Of a stretch of DNA of 64,000 bases, positions 7,165-16,491 are shown piece by piece. Position 1 is the first letter of the stretch; the number at the start of each line of letters is the position of its first letter. The position numbers and the translations under genes were made by a program. Source of the stretch: Candidatus Latescibacterota bacterium (GTDB lineage Bacteria; Latescibacterota; UBA2968; UBA8231); the NCBI GenBank assembly GCA_965203175.1, contig OZ241867.1, positions 1,600,001 to 1,664,000 of the forward strand, written 5' to 3'. The notes under the pieces are model-generated. The model worked only from the letters and a program-made list of their open reading frames with translations. It did no database searches and had not been told where the DNA came from.

Positions 7165-10100
7165 TCAGTTTTTGACTGCGAAGAGAATTTTGTAGAGCAC
7201 TGGCACGAACAGCAAGGTGATCACAGTGGCAAAAAGCAAGCCCACCATGATGGCCACCGCCATCGGCTCCCACATCAACCCACCGCCCAAATAGAGAGGA
7301 ATAAGCCCCAGCGTCGTCGTGCAAGTGGTCAGCAAGATGGGACGAAAACGCTGTTGAGCTGCGGCGACGATCGCCTCTAGGGGGTTTTCCCCGGATTGGT
7401 TCAATTCGATTTGTATGCGGTCTATGAGCACGATCGCATTGTTGATGATGATACCGGCCAGCGCAATCAATCCGAGAAAGGCGAAAAAACCAAAGAACGA
7501 GCGGAAGACGAGCAATCCGGCAATGACCCCGATCAGACCGAGCGGAATGGTGCTCAGCACGATAAAGGTCTTGCGGAAGGAGTTGAACTGGACAATCAAC
7601 AACGCCAGAATGATAAAACCGGACAGCGGCAGCTTGGCGACGACCGCGCTCATAGCCTCGCTGCTCTGCTCCGACTCGCCGCCCAACTCGTAGCGATAGC
7701 CCCGCTTCCACGATTCGCTGTCTTCTTCGAGCCAAGGGATGAACTCGTCGGTGATGTCCTGCGCCGTAAAACCGCTTTTGGCATCGCAGGTCACAGTTAA
7801 GGTGCGGTACAGGTCGCGCCGTTTGATCTTGGCGAGTTGCCACTGAGGCACGATCTGCGCCACTTGTCCCAGCGGCACGTTTTTGCCCGAACCTTGGGCG
7901 TAGATGTTGATGCTCTCCAGTTGGCGCACATCCACATCCTGACTGCTTTCGTTGCGCAGGACAATGGGGAGACTCTGGTCGCCCTCGCGGAAAGCTCCCG
8001 TATTGAACCCCGTGAGCGCGGTCTGCAACGAAAGGGCGATATCCTGGTTGGTCAGGCCGGCATTCCGGGTCTTGGACTGGTCGATGTCAACGACGACTTT
8101 TTTGATCTTGGGGCCCCAATTGTCGCCGATATTCTGCGCAGTGGATATTTCGTTGAGTTTTTGCTTGATGCGCTCGGCGAGACCGAACAGTTCGTTGGGA
8201 TCCGGCCCTGTTATCCGCACGGCCACGTCACTGCCGCCTCCGCCTCCCGCCAACCGCGAAACTCGTATTTCGGCATCTGGAAAGGAGCGGAAGCAAAAGG
8301 CATCCAGACGGTCAATTACCCACTGGTTGTCGTCGCCCGAACTGGTATTGAGCAACATATGGGCGTACCCCGAGTTGGCTTCGCCCGACTGATAACCCTG
8401 GTCGTAGGAGGGCGGCCCCTCGCTGACAAAGGTCGCCCAGTCCGTTACCCCGCGCTGGCGGTTTTTGCTCACCAAAAGGCTATCCGCGATATACGACTCG
8501 AGCCGTTCCACCCGGGCAGTCGTCGTCTCGATCTTGGTCCCTAAGGGCAAATTTAGATTTACCGTCAACAGATTGCGCTCGCTGTCGGGAAAGAAGATGA
8601 ACGGCAAAAAACCAAAGCCGAAAAGCGACAATACAAACAAACCAGCGATGATCCCCATAAATGAATAGGGGCGACCAAGGGCCTTGAGGAGTAGCTCTCT
8701 ATACTGGCTGTTGAGACGATCGATAAAAGTGCTTTTCTCGGACTGAGAGGTCTGCTGTTTCACCCGGATGAAAAACACCGCCAACAACGTGATCATGGTC
8801 AGGGAGAGCAACCAGGAAGAGAGCAGGGCTATGGTAATCACGCTGAACAGCGGCCCCATCATCTCGCCCATGATGGACGCGGCCAGAAAGAAGGACAAGA
8901 ACGCGGCTGAAGTGGTCAGCGAAGAGACTAGAAGCGGTACGGCTAGCTCCCGAGCCGATTCGATGGCCGCCTCTTTGGCGTCGGTGCCCTTTTCCATTTT
9001 GACCACAATCGCTTCGGACACCACGATGGCATTATCCACCAACATGCCCAGCGCCATGATCAGGGCCGCCAACGACACCTGATTGAGACCGATATCGAGC
9101 ACGCCCATGATGAAAAGGGTCGCGATAATGGTCATGGGAATGAGGCTGGCCACCACTAGGCCGGTGCGCAGTCCCAAAAAGATCAGCATGGACAACAGCA
9201 CGATAGCGACGCTTTGCAAGAGATTGTTGGTGAAATTGGCGACCGATTTCTCTACCTCAAAATCTTGGGAGGCCACTCTGTTGAAGGTTATTCCTATAGG
9301 TAGCCGCGCTTGGTAGAGGGCTACGAGTTGGTCAATTTCCTCACCCAACTTGATGATATTGGCCCCTTCGCTGAGCGCCACCGAGAGCGACAGCCCCGGC
9401 TGACCGTTGATTTTGACCAAGCGCTGCTGGGGCGTTTCATAGGCCCGCACGATGCGGGTTACATCGCCGAGGTACACGCTCCCGTCCTTGCCCACCGAGA
9501 TCAACGTCCTCCCCAGATCGTCTAGGTCGGCGTAACTGCCGGTCGGTTCGAGCACTAAGCGTTCATCCTCTAAGCTGACCTCGCCGCCAGAGAAAACGAT
9601 GTTAGTACTGGCGATGCTGTTCTTGATCTTCTGCGCCGAGAGGCCCAACTCGGCCAGCCGGGCGTCGTTGAATTGCAGGTATATCCGCTCCTCTTGGATG
9701 CCGCTTATTTTTACCTCGGCAGCGTCGGGTAGCTTGATGAGGTCGTCGCGCAGGTCTTTGGCGTAGGTCTCGAGTTCGGCAAAGGTGAAACCATCCCCTG
9801 TCAGGCCGATCACAATGCCGTACACCACCCCGATCCCATCGTCATTGACCTTGGGGCCGTAGATGCCCTCGGGCAGGTCCGAGCGGATGGTCTCAATTTT
9901 GCGGCGCAATCGGTCCCATACGGCTTGGAGTTCTTCTGGAGGTACTTCCTGTTTGAGTGCTACCGACACTACCGATAGCCCGGTCCGCGATTCACTAGTG
10001 ACAGTTTTCAGCTCGGGCAACTCTTGCGCGACTTCTTCAATCTTGCTGGTGATCAGGGCTTCGACTCGCTGGGGACCGGCACCGGGAAAGCTAGTCACCA

Positions 10101-10239
10101 CTGAGGCGACGCGGATCGTGTACGGGGGCATACTGTCGCGTGGCATCGTCTGATAGCCGACCAAGCCCAGCAGCACAACGACGATCAAGACCACGACGGT
10201 GACGCGGTTGTTTTCTAGGGCGATTTGGGTGAGGTTCAT
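7165..10239 (-). CDS. RND efflux permease (AcrB/AcrD/AcrF family)
   Basis: 1024 aa. FPGAGPQRVE, GMLVDNAIVV, RFRPILLT, 12-TM architecture. Confidence 0.95.
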   Translation of the reverse strand: MNLTQIALENNRVTVVVLIVVVLLGLVGYQTMPRDSMPPYTIRVASVVTSFPGAGPQRVEALITSKIEEVAQELPELKTVTSESRTGLSVVSVALKQEVPPEELQAVWDRLRRKIETIRSDLPEGIYGPKVNDDGIGVVYGIVIGLTGDGFTFAELETYAKDLRDDLIKLPDAAEVKISGIQEERIYLQFNDARLAELGLSAQKIKNSIASTNIVFSGGEVSLEDERLVLEPTGSYADLDDLGRTLISVGKDGSVYLGDVTRIVRAYETPQQRLVKINGQPGLSLSVALSEGANIIKLGEEIDQLVALYQARLPIGITFNRVASQDFEVEKSVANFTNNLLQSVAIVLLSMLIFLGLRTGLVVASLIPMTIIATLFIMGVLDIGLNQVSLAALIMALGMLVDNAIVVSEAIVVKMEKGTDAKEAAIESARELAVPLLVSSLTTSAAFLSFFLAASIMGEMMGPLFSVITIALLSSWLLSLTMITLLAVFFIRVKQQTSQSEKSTFIDRLNSQYRELLLKALGRPYSFMGIIAGLFVLSLFGFGFLPFIFFPDSERNLLTVNLNLPLGTKIETTTARVERLESYIADSLLVSKNRQRGVTDWATFVSEGPPSYDQGYQSGEANSGYAHMLLNTSSGDDNQWVIDRLDAFCFRSFPDAEIRVSRLAGGGGGSDVAVRITGPDPNELFGLAERIKQKLNEISTAQNIGDNWGPKIKKVVVDIDQSKTRNAGLTNQDIALSLQTALTGFNTGAFREGDQSLPIVLRNESSQDVDVRQLESINIYAQGSGKNVPLGQVAQIVPQWQLAKIKRRDLYRTLTVTCDAKSGFTAQDITDEFIPWLEEDSESWKRGYRYELGGESEQSSEAMSAVVAKLPLSGFIILALLIVQFNSFRKTFIVLSTIPLGLIGVIAGLLVFRSFFGFFAFLGLIALAGIIINNAIVLIDRIQIELNQSGENPLEAIVAAAQQRFRPILLTTCTTTLGLIPLYLGGGLMWEPMAVAIMVGLLFATVITLLFVPVLYKILFAVKN

Positions 10240-10246
10240 AGGCGTC

Positions 10247-11356
10247 TCACTCTTGCAAAAGGCGCACTTGCATCCCGTTCAAGAGCGATCTGAGGCCCGC
10301 GGTCGCGACCAACTCCCGGTCGGCGAGCCCCTCTTCCACGACAAAACCGTCTGCCAACAGTTTGCCGATGCGAATCGACCGACGATGGACCGTCCCCAAG
10401 CCCTTGGCGACCTCATCAATGACAAAGACATATTGGCCGTTGGCATCTTCCCCTACCGCTTTAACGGGCACCACGAGCGGATCCTCCGAAGGCTCGCCGG
10501 TGCCAAAGCGAAACTCCACCTCGCCGGCCATACCGGGCCGAATGGATGGGGAAGGAGCGTCGAGTTGCACAACGACCGGATACGTGCTAGAGGCGTCGAG
10601 CGCGTATGCTATCTCGCGCACTTGGGCGGCAAAATCTAGTCCGGGCAGAGCGGAAAAACGCACGCGCACTGGCTGTCCGGTCTGGATTTGGGCGATATAG
10701 CCCTCGGGCACCCCTACCTCCATTTCGATGTCCTCGCCCGCGCTCAACTCCACCAAGGGCGCGCCGGCTTGGATCACTTCGTTGACCTCGTTGTGGACTG
10801 CGGTGACTATGCCAGCGACAGGGGCGTATATCTCATTGTATCCTAGCTGGCGCTCCTGCAAATCCAAACTCTTCTGGGCCGATTCGTAACTGGATGTGGC
10901 CGAGGCAAAGCCGTTTTTGGCCTGTTCGTACTCGGCGAGGGAGACATTGTTGGCCTCGTAGAGCTGCCGCACGCGAATGAGCCTAGACTGGGCATTGGCC
11001 TTTTGCACGCGGGCATTTTCTAGCGCGGCCTTGGCCCGTTGATGCGCGAGAACTGCATCCCGGCTATCGAGCGCGGCAATGCGCTGACCCGCTCCGACTT
11101 GGTCGCCCACCTTTACGCTGATCGATTCGATAAGCCCACCCGTTCTGAAGCTGAGCTTGGCTTCGACGCCAGCTTTGGCAGTGCCGGCAAAACGCTGGCT
11201 CTGGACGGCACTGGCGGGACGGACTTCGGCGTATTTTACCGGGCGAATGGGTTCGGCGACCTGTGGTTCACCGCCGCAGCCAACCCACAGGCCCATCGCC
11301 GCCAGAAAAACCCCGGCAGCTTCGCAATTCCGCTTTGGCATGATACCTCGCTTCAT
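10247..11356 (-). CDS. RND periplasmic adaptor (membrane fusion protein)
   Basis: Lipobox-like LWVGC. SFRTGG, VKVGDQV, IYAPVAG, IRPGM. ATGA overlap with tolC. Confidence 0.93.
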   Translation of the reverse strand: MKRGIMPKRNCEAAGVFLAAMGLWVGCGGEPQVAEPIRPVKYAEVRPASAVQSQRFAGTAKAGVEAKLSFRTGGLIESISVKVGDQVGAGQRIAALDSRDAVLAHQRAKAALENARVQKANAQSRLIRVRQLYEANNVSLAEYEQAKNGFASATSSYESAQKSLDLQERQLGYNEIYAPVAGIVTAVHNEVNEVIQAGAPLVELSAGEDIEMEVGVPEGYIAQIQTGQPVRVRFSALPGLDFAAQVREIAYALDASSTYPVVVQLDAPSPSIRPGMAGEVEFRFGTGEPSEDPLVVPVKAVGEDANGQYVFVIDEVAKGLGTVHRRSIRIGKLLADGFVVEEGLADRELVATAGLRSLLNGMQVRLLQE

Positions 11357-13734
11357 GGTGCATTTTTTCTTTTGGCGAAGAAGGCCGTCAAGCGCCCGAC
11401 AAAGGCCTCCTGCTCCTCTGAAGTCATGAACATGGTGTAGCCCCCGATGCTGTTTTCCAACTGCAGATAGCTGACCAAGTATTCATAGACGGCTCCAGCT
11501 TCGGCCTGACGGGCGGAAAGGGCGGCGCGTTGGGCATCCACCAGTTGGGTGATTGCCAGTTGGCCCTTCTGGTACGCGTCCTGCACCAGTTCAAAGTTCT
11601 TTTGCGCGCTTGCAGCGGCCACCTCGGCAAAGTGTATGTTGGTGCGCTTGGATACCAAGTTCGTCATCCGCACCCGGACGGCCTGGGAGAGTTGCTGGCG
11701 CAAACTCTCCTCTTGGAGGTGAAGCTGCTGCTGCTGAATCGCAGTTTGGTCGATGGCGATCTTGCGCTGGTTGCCCTGAAAGAGGGGATAGGCGAAGTGG
11801 AGGGCCAAGTTCCAAGTGCCGTTGACAGGATCGGGGGAGGCCGGCGGCATTCCCTTGCCAGCGCGCCAGAAGGTGTAGTCGGCCTGTCCGCGCAAAGCCA
11901 CTGTAGGCAGGTAGTACAGCCGGCGGTTCATCTGTTGCTGGCGTTCGGCTACTTTCATATTGGCCGCTAGCTGCTTGAGCGAAGGCATGTTTTGCAGGGC
12001 CTCTGCGACGAGAAAGTCGGTCAGAATCTCCACATCGCCGGCCCGGTCGATCAGAGGACCGATGCGGGCTGGGTCAAAGCGGCCAAAAAGTTCGTCGGAG
12101 AGCCGGGCATCCTCCACCTCGAACTCCTCGCCAATATCCGTCCGATTGAGCAAGCGGTTGAGTTGCACTTTGGCTAAGTAGAGGTTGTTGAAAGCCTCAA
12201 TCGAGGCTTGGGTGGCCCGAGCCACTTCGCTCTCCCAGCGGAATACGTCGGCCACGCCGGCATAGCCGACGGCATTGCGGGTACGGGCGATCTTCAGGTT
12301 GCGGCGCGAGACCTCGAGATTCTCATCTTGAATGCGCACCCCGGTCTTGGCCAGCAGGATATTGAAATAGGCCGTCGCCAAGTTCAGCACCACGTCGAGC
12401 GCAACCAGATCGGCGCGATGGCGGGTGGCCTCGGCTAGGTACTGCTGGATTTTGACGTTGGCAAAGACCTGCTCGGAAAACAGTACCTGTTGCACGGTAC
12501 CCGTACCCGCGCCGGTGCGCTCGGGCTGTTGACCAAAAGCGCGCTCGGCGACATCTGGGTCCACTTGCAACAGGGTGGTCGAGGTTTCTACAGTGGGCAG
12601 GAGAGACGATTTAGCTCGGCGCATATCTTGGCCGGCCAAATCGACGTTGCGCTTTTCAATGCGCAGGTCGAGGTTGCTCTGCAAGCCTTCGGCGATAACC
12701 TCCTGCAAGCTCAAGCGTCGATCGCTAATGGGTTCGTCGGCCTTGAGGAAGCGGGCGGAAAACAGCGCTTCAAACGAGAGGTCGAAATCGATTCGGCGGA
12801 TTGTTGCGGCATTCAGCACCCATTGCTCGTCGAGATTGTGCCGCACGGGCATTGCCGCCAGTTCCTCGCCCAGCGCGACTCCCTCGACGATCAGGGCCAG
12901 CTTGCGGAAAATCTGGTCTCGGCCGCTCTCGTCGCCGATACAGGCCATTATTCCCGCATCCACATAAGACCGGCTCATGGCAAAGGAAGGCAGCTTGCGC
13001 TCGGCGAGGGACTCAGCCAGTAGGCCGACCTCCTCGGGTGAGCGCTCGAAAACCACCGCCAGATAGACCGCGTCAACCGCTTCGCTCAGCGCTGGGAGCG
13101 GCGCTTCCTTTCCCCAAAAAACCAACTCCACCTGGGCCCCGTAAGGCGCTGCAAGGCGTTCGAAGAAACCCGCGAAATCCAGCTTGCCTTTCAGGTTTTC
13201 ACTAATGATGACAGCTAGGTGAGCAAAGGGATGGATCCGGTGGAACGCCGCTAAGTCCTTTTGGATCGAGTGGGTACTGAGGACGTAGGTAAAATTGCGC
13301 ACTCCAGAGACGCCAGGCTCGACGAGGGGCATTTGCTGTAATTCCACGTCCAGTATCCCCACGGCGATCGTCGGTTTGGGTAAGGCACCTTGGCCAGCTA
13401 GCATCGCGGCACTGGCCGGCCCGGCGGCAATGATCAGATCGACCGCGGGGTCGTTGGCTAGGGACAGATAGTCTGCGTGCTCAGCGGAGAAACGCATGTG
13501 CTCGGGGAGGAAATGGACCGACGTATCGACCCCTAGCACCTTGTGGATTTCCTCCTGCAGGAGCGCCAACTCACTCCCTGCATCGGTTGCCTCGGGCCCA
13601 AAATCGAGCAATAGACCGATATAGAGGTCGCTCTTTTCAATTTGGGCATGCGTCGGTAGTACTAAGCCCATGACCAAAACGGCGGATATAGCTATTCCCA
13701 GCATCGAGTGGTCCACTCCAATGGGTTCGAGCAA
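11353..13734 (-). CDS. TolC-family outer-membrane channel with N-terminal ABC substrate-binding-like domain
   Basis: 793 aa. Signal peptide, then ~310-aa periplasmic-binding-like region (DLIIAAG, DAVYL, LPSF, PV..WVLNAATIRRI), then two OEP repeats (LSLQEVI..NLDL, YQKGQLAITQLVDAQ). True start may be the downstream ATG. Confidence 0.85.
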   Translation of the reverse strand: MLEPIGVDHSMLGIAISAVLVMGLVLPTHAQIEKSDLYIGLLLDFGPEATDAGSELALLQEEIHKVLGVDTSVHFLPEHMRFSAEHADYLSLANDPAVDLIIAAGPASAAMLAGQGALPKPTIAVGILDVELQQMPLVEPGVSGVRNFTYVLSTHSIQKDLAAFHRIHPFAHLAVIISENLKGKLDFAGFFERLAAPYGAQVELVFWGKEAPLPALSEAVDAVYLAVVFERSPEEVGLLAESLAERKLPSFAMSRSYVDAGIMACIGDESGRDQIFRKLALIVEGVALGEELAAMPVRHNLDEQWVLNAATIRRIDFDLSFEALFSARFLKADEPISDRRLSLQEVIAEGLQSNLDLRIEKRNVDLAGQDMRRAKSSLLPTVETSTTLLQVDPDVAERAFGQQPERTGAGTGTVQQVLFSEQVFANVKIQQYLAEATRHRADLVALDVVLNLATAYFNILLAKTGVRIQDENLEVSRRNLKIARTRNAVGYAGVADVFRWESEVARATQASIEAFNNLYLAKVQLNRLLNRTDIGEEFEVEDARLSDELFGRFDPARIGPLIDRAGDVEILTDFLVAEALQNMPSLKQLAANMKVAERQQQMNRRLYYLPTVALRGQADYTFWRAGKGMPPASPDPVNGTWNLALHFAYPLFQGNQRKIAIDQTAIQQQQLHLQEESLRQQLSQAVRVRMTNLVSKRTNIHFAEVAAASAQKNFELVQDAYQKGQLAITQLVDAQRAALSARQAEAGAVYEYLVSYLQLENSIGGYTMFMTSEEQEAFVGRLTAFFAKRKNAP

Positions 13735-13764
13735 AGTGAACTAACTGTCAAAGGACGTAAAATT

Positions 13765-15378
13765 CTACCGGCGGTACTGCAAATAGATTTCCACCTGCTC
13801 AACCCTCAAGGGTACCCGCAACCGCTCGTCCCGCTCTAGCAGACGCAGCCGGACTTGGTGGATGCCGCGTCCCACCTGTGCTGCGGTCAAGTTCCAACAA
13901 AGCCAAGCGTTCTCCGACACATCACTCGGATCGGCCGCATCTTCAGCCGCGGCATTGCGCACCATTGGCGCTGTCAACACGACCCCATCCAACATCACTT
14001 CGATCTGATCGGCAGGCGACCAGTGGGCCATTTCGATTTGCAACTCGGCACTTATCAACTCGCCTTCGGTCTCGACCTCGTCGCCGACGCGGACGTGAAA
14101 GACCGGCCCACTGTCCGTCAGCGTGGGATACAGCGTCACCGGAATCTCGCCGTACAGGCGGTCGTCGCGCTCGGCATCCACTCGGTTCCCAGTCTTGGGA
14201 CCAATGCTGCGGTGCAGGGCGGTGTACACTTTGTCTAGGCCAGTCAGTGTTTCTATCGATCCCATGGTAGTGAGCAGCGGTCGATGCGTCTGGGCATGGC
14301 CGTGCCAGTTGAACACGTACACGCCGTCCGCCCCACGCGCTAGCTGGTCCTGGGCCAAGCCGCGGAACCAATCCACCCGCCACACCCCGGGAGGTCGCAA
14401 GCGCCGCGCCTGTTGCCGCCCGTCTGAGTCAAAGCCAGCGTAGAAGCGCACGCCGTGGGGCTGGCACAGCTCGACAAACTGCTCGACCTCGGCCCCTGGA
14501 TCAGTTCCCGAATTGCCGCCGCTGATAACCATATCGCACAAGCCATCCCGCACCCAAGTCTCGACATCGTAGCCAATGCGGCGGCAGGCTTCAAAGGTCG
14601 TGGCCACCCGCACGGCCACGTGAAAGGGCCGTCCCCGTTCCTCGGCAATCTGGTCGGTCTGCGCTCGCACGGCCCGCATGAGATCGGTCAAAACGTAGCG
14701 CAAGCGGTACGCATCGTCGGCGGGCAGGTGAAAGGCGTGCCGCTGCCAGTCCAATTCGACGCCATCCCAATCGGCCAAGCGGCAGGCCTCGACAACGCGC
14801 TGCAAGATATAAGCCCGCACTTCGGGAATGGCCATATTCCACGAAGTCGAAGCCCAGCCCGGTGCCTGCTCCTCGCCCAAGAGCCACTCGGGGTGCTCCT
14901 GCCGCAGCGGCGTCAGCTCGGCCCGTTGCAAGCCTCCCAGATCGCCCGGCCGCAAATCCCAAAAGTGGTTGTCGTTCATGCGCAGCGACGGCAGCACCGC
15001 CATACCCAGTTCGCGCCCGCGCTGCACCAGTGCTCCGTACAGATCGTCCCCCCGCTCGAAAAAGGCGCGAATGTTTTCGGTGTGGCGCATAGTCTGCACT
15101 GAATCGTAGCGTCGCTCGGTCGATGCGCCTACCACATCCAATTGCTGCGACGGCCAAGGCACTTCGTGGACGCCCACGCACCAGCACAAAGCCCCCACCT
15201 GGGTATCGGCTAAGGGCGCGTACACTTTGTCGAGGAACTGATCCAGCGATTGAGGATACTCGCTGTACCCGTGGGGCGCACCGTCCCAGTTGTACACAAT
15301 GCCGTAGTTGGGCGCGGCCGTTCGCTCCGCCATAGCTTCCTCCAGCGCGTTAAGTTGGTCCAGCAGGCTGTGCTGCAT
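13765..15378 (-). CDS. Glycoside hydrolase-like TIM-barrel protein (GHL10/DUF187-like), paralog of 916..2487
   Basis: YNWDG, SLRMNDNH, EHPEW, PEVR, DGVELDW, GADGVYVFN. Confidence 0.6.
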   Translation of the reverse strand: MQHSLLDQLNALEEAMAERTAAPNYGIVYNWDGAPHGYSEYPQSLDQFLDKVYAPLADTQVGALCWCVGVHEVPWPSQQLDVVGASTERRYDSVQTMRHTENIRAFFERGDDLYGALVQRGRELGMAVLPSLRMNDNHFWDLRPGDLGGLQRAELTPLRQEHPEWLLGEEQAPGWASTSWNMAIPEVRAYILQRVVEACRLADWDGVELDWQRHAFHLPADDAYRLRYVLTDLMRAVRAQTDQIAEERGRPFHVAVRVATTFEACRRIGYDVETWVRDGLCDMVISGGNSGTDPGAEVEQFVELCQPHGVRFYAGFDSDGRQQARRLRPPGVWRVDWFRGLAQDQLARGADGVYVFNWHGHAQTHRPLLTTMGSIETLTGLDKVYTALHRSIGPKTGNRVDAERDDRLYGEIPVTLYPTLTDSGPVFHVRVGDEVETEGELISAELQIEMAHWSPADQIEVMLDGVVLTAPMVRNAAAEDAADPSDVSENAWLCWNLTAAQVGRGIHQVRLRLLERDERLRVPLRVEQVEIYLQYRR

Positions 15379-15430
15379 AGTTTATCAGGACAATTCACCG
15401 GAAACCTAACGAAGAGAGGACTATCACACC

Positions 15431-16462
15431 ATGAGCTACTACCTCTACGTGCCGATCTCGACGGACAACCAATTGCTCGTCTTTGCCATGGATGCCGATT
15501 CGGGCCAGCTCGAACGCAAGCACCAGATCACTCTGAGCAGAAGTGGCTACACGGTTGCCGCCGACCCCAAGCGCCAGTACCTGTACGTCGGCTTGCGAGA
15601 CGGCGACGACCACGCCATTGGCAGCTACGCCATCGATCCAGCCACCGGGGCTTTGACCCCGATCGGCGAAGTGGCGGTAACAGCCATGCCCTGTTATTTG
15701 TCCCCCGACCACACAGGTCGCTTTCTTTTGGCCGCTTATTACGTCGGCGGCATGGCTACAGTCCACGCCATCGGCGGCGACGGCGCTTTGCAGGCCCCGG
15801 CTGTCGATACCTACGAGACCGAGCGCTTTGCCCACTACATTGCCACCGATCCCTCCAACCGCTATGCCTTTGTGCCCCACGTCGAATCGGCCAATTCGAT
15901 CTACCAATTCCTCTTTGACGCCGATACCGGCAAACTAAGCCCCAACCCAGCCGTCCCCATTCTGGCCTGCGGAACGGGCGAAGGGCCGCGCCATCTAGCG
16001 TTCCACCCCCACCTCGACGTGGTGTACGCCGATAACGAGCAAGGCTCCAGCGTTACCGTGTACCGCTTCGACACCAGCCAAGGCACGCTGCAAGCGGTGC
16101 AGACCGTATCGACCCTGCCCGAAGAAGATTTTCCCGGCCGCGAAGCCAACAGCAACGCTCAGCTCCACATCCACCCCTCCGGCAAGTCGATCTACGCCTC
16201 CAACCGAGGCCACGACAGCATCGCGATGTTCGCCATTGATCCAGCCACCGGCTTAATCCGCTCCCTAGGACAACAGCCCGGCGAGGCCACTCCGCGCCCC
16301 TTTGCCATTGAACCCGAAGGCAAGTTCATGTACGGTGGCGGCGACGGCTCCACGCGGCTGGTCTCCTACCGCATCGACGAGATCGGCCGCCTCGAACCTT
16401 TTGGCGCGCCCTACGAGTTGGGCGGCAGCACCTGCTGGATATATCCACTGCGAGTGGGTTAA
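15431..16462 (+). CDS. 6-phosphogluconolactonase / cycloisomerase-2 family beta-propeller
   Basis: GPRHLAFHP and IYASNRGHDSIA. RBS GAGGA. Confidence 0.9.
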   Translation: MSYYLYVPISTDNQLLVFAMDADSGQLERKHQITLSRSGYTVAADPKRQYLYVGLRDGDDHAIGSYAIDPATGALTPIGEVAVTAMPCYLSPDHTGRFLLAAYYVGGMATVHAIGGDGALQAPAVDTYETERFAHYIATDPSNRYAFVPHVESANSIYQFLFDADTGKLSPNPAVPILACGTGEGPRHLAFHPHLDVVYADNEQGSSVTVYRFDTSQGTLQAVQTVSTLPEEDFPGREANSNAQLHIHPSGKSIYASNRGHDSIAMFAIDPATGLIRSLGQQPGEATPRPFAIEPEGKFMYGGGDGSTRLVSYRIDEIGRLEPFGAPYELGGSTCWIYPLRVG

Positions 16463-16491
16463 AGGATTCACTCGGAAAGTCAGGTCCAACG

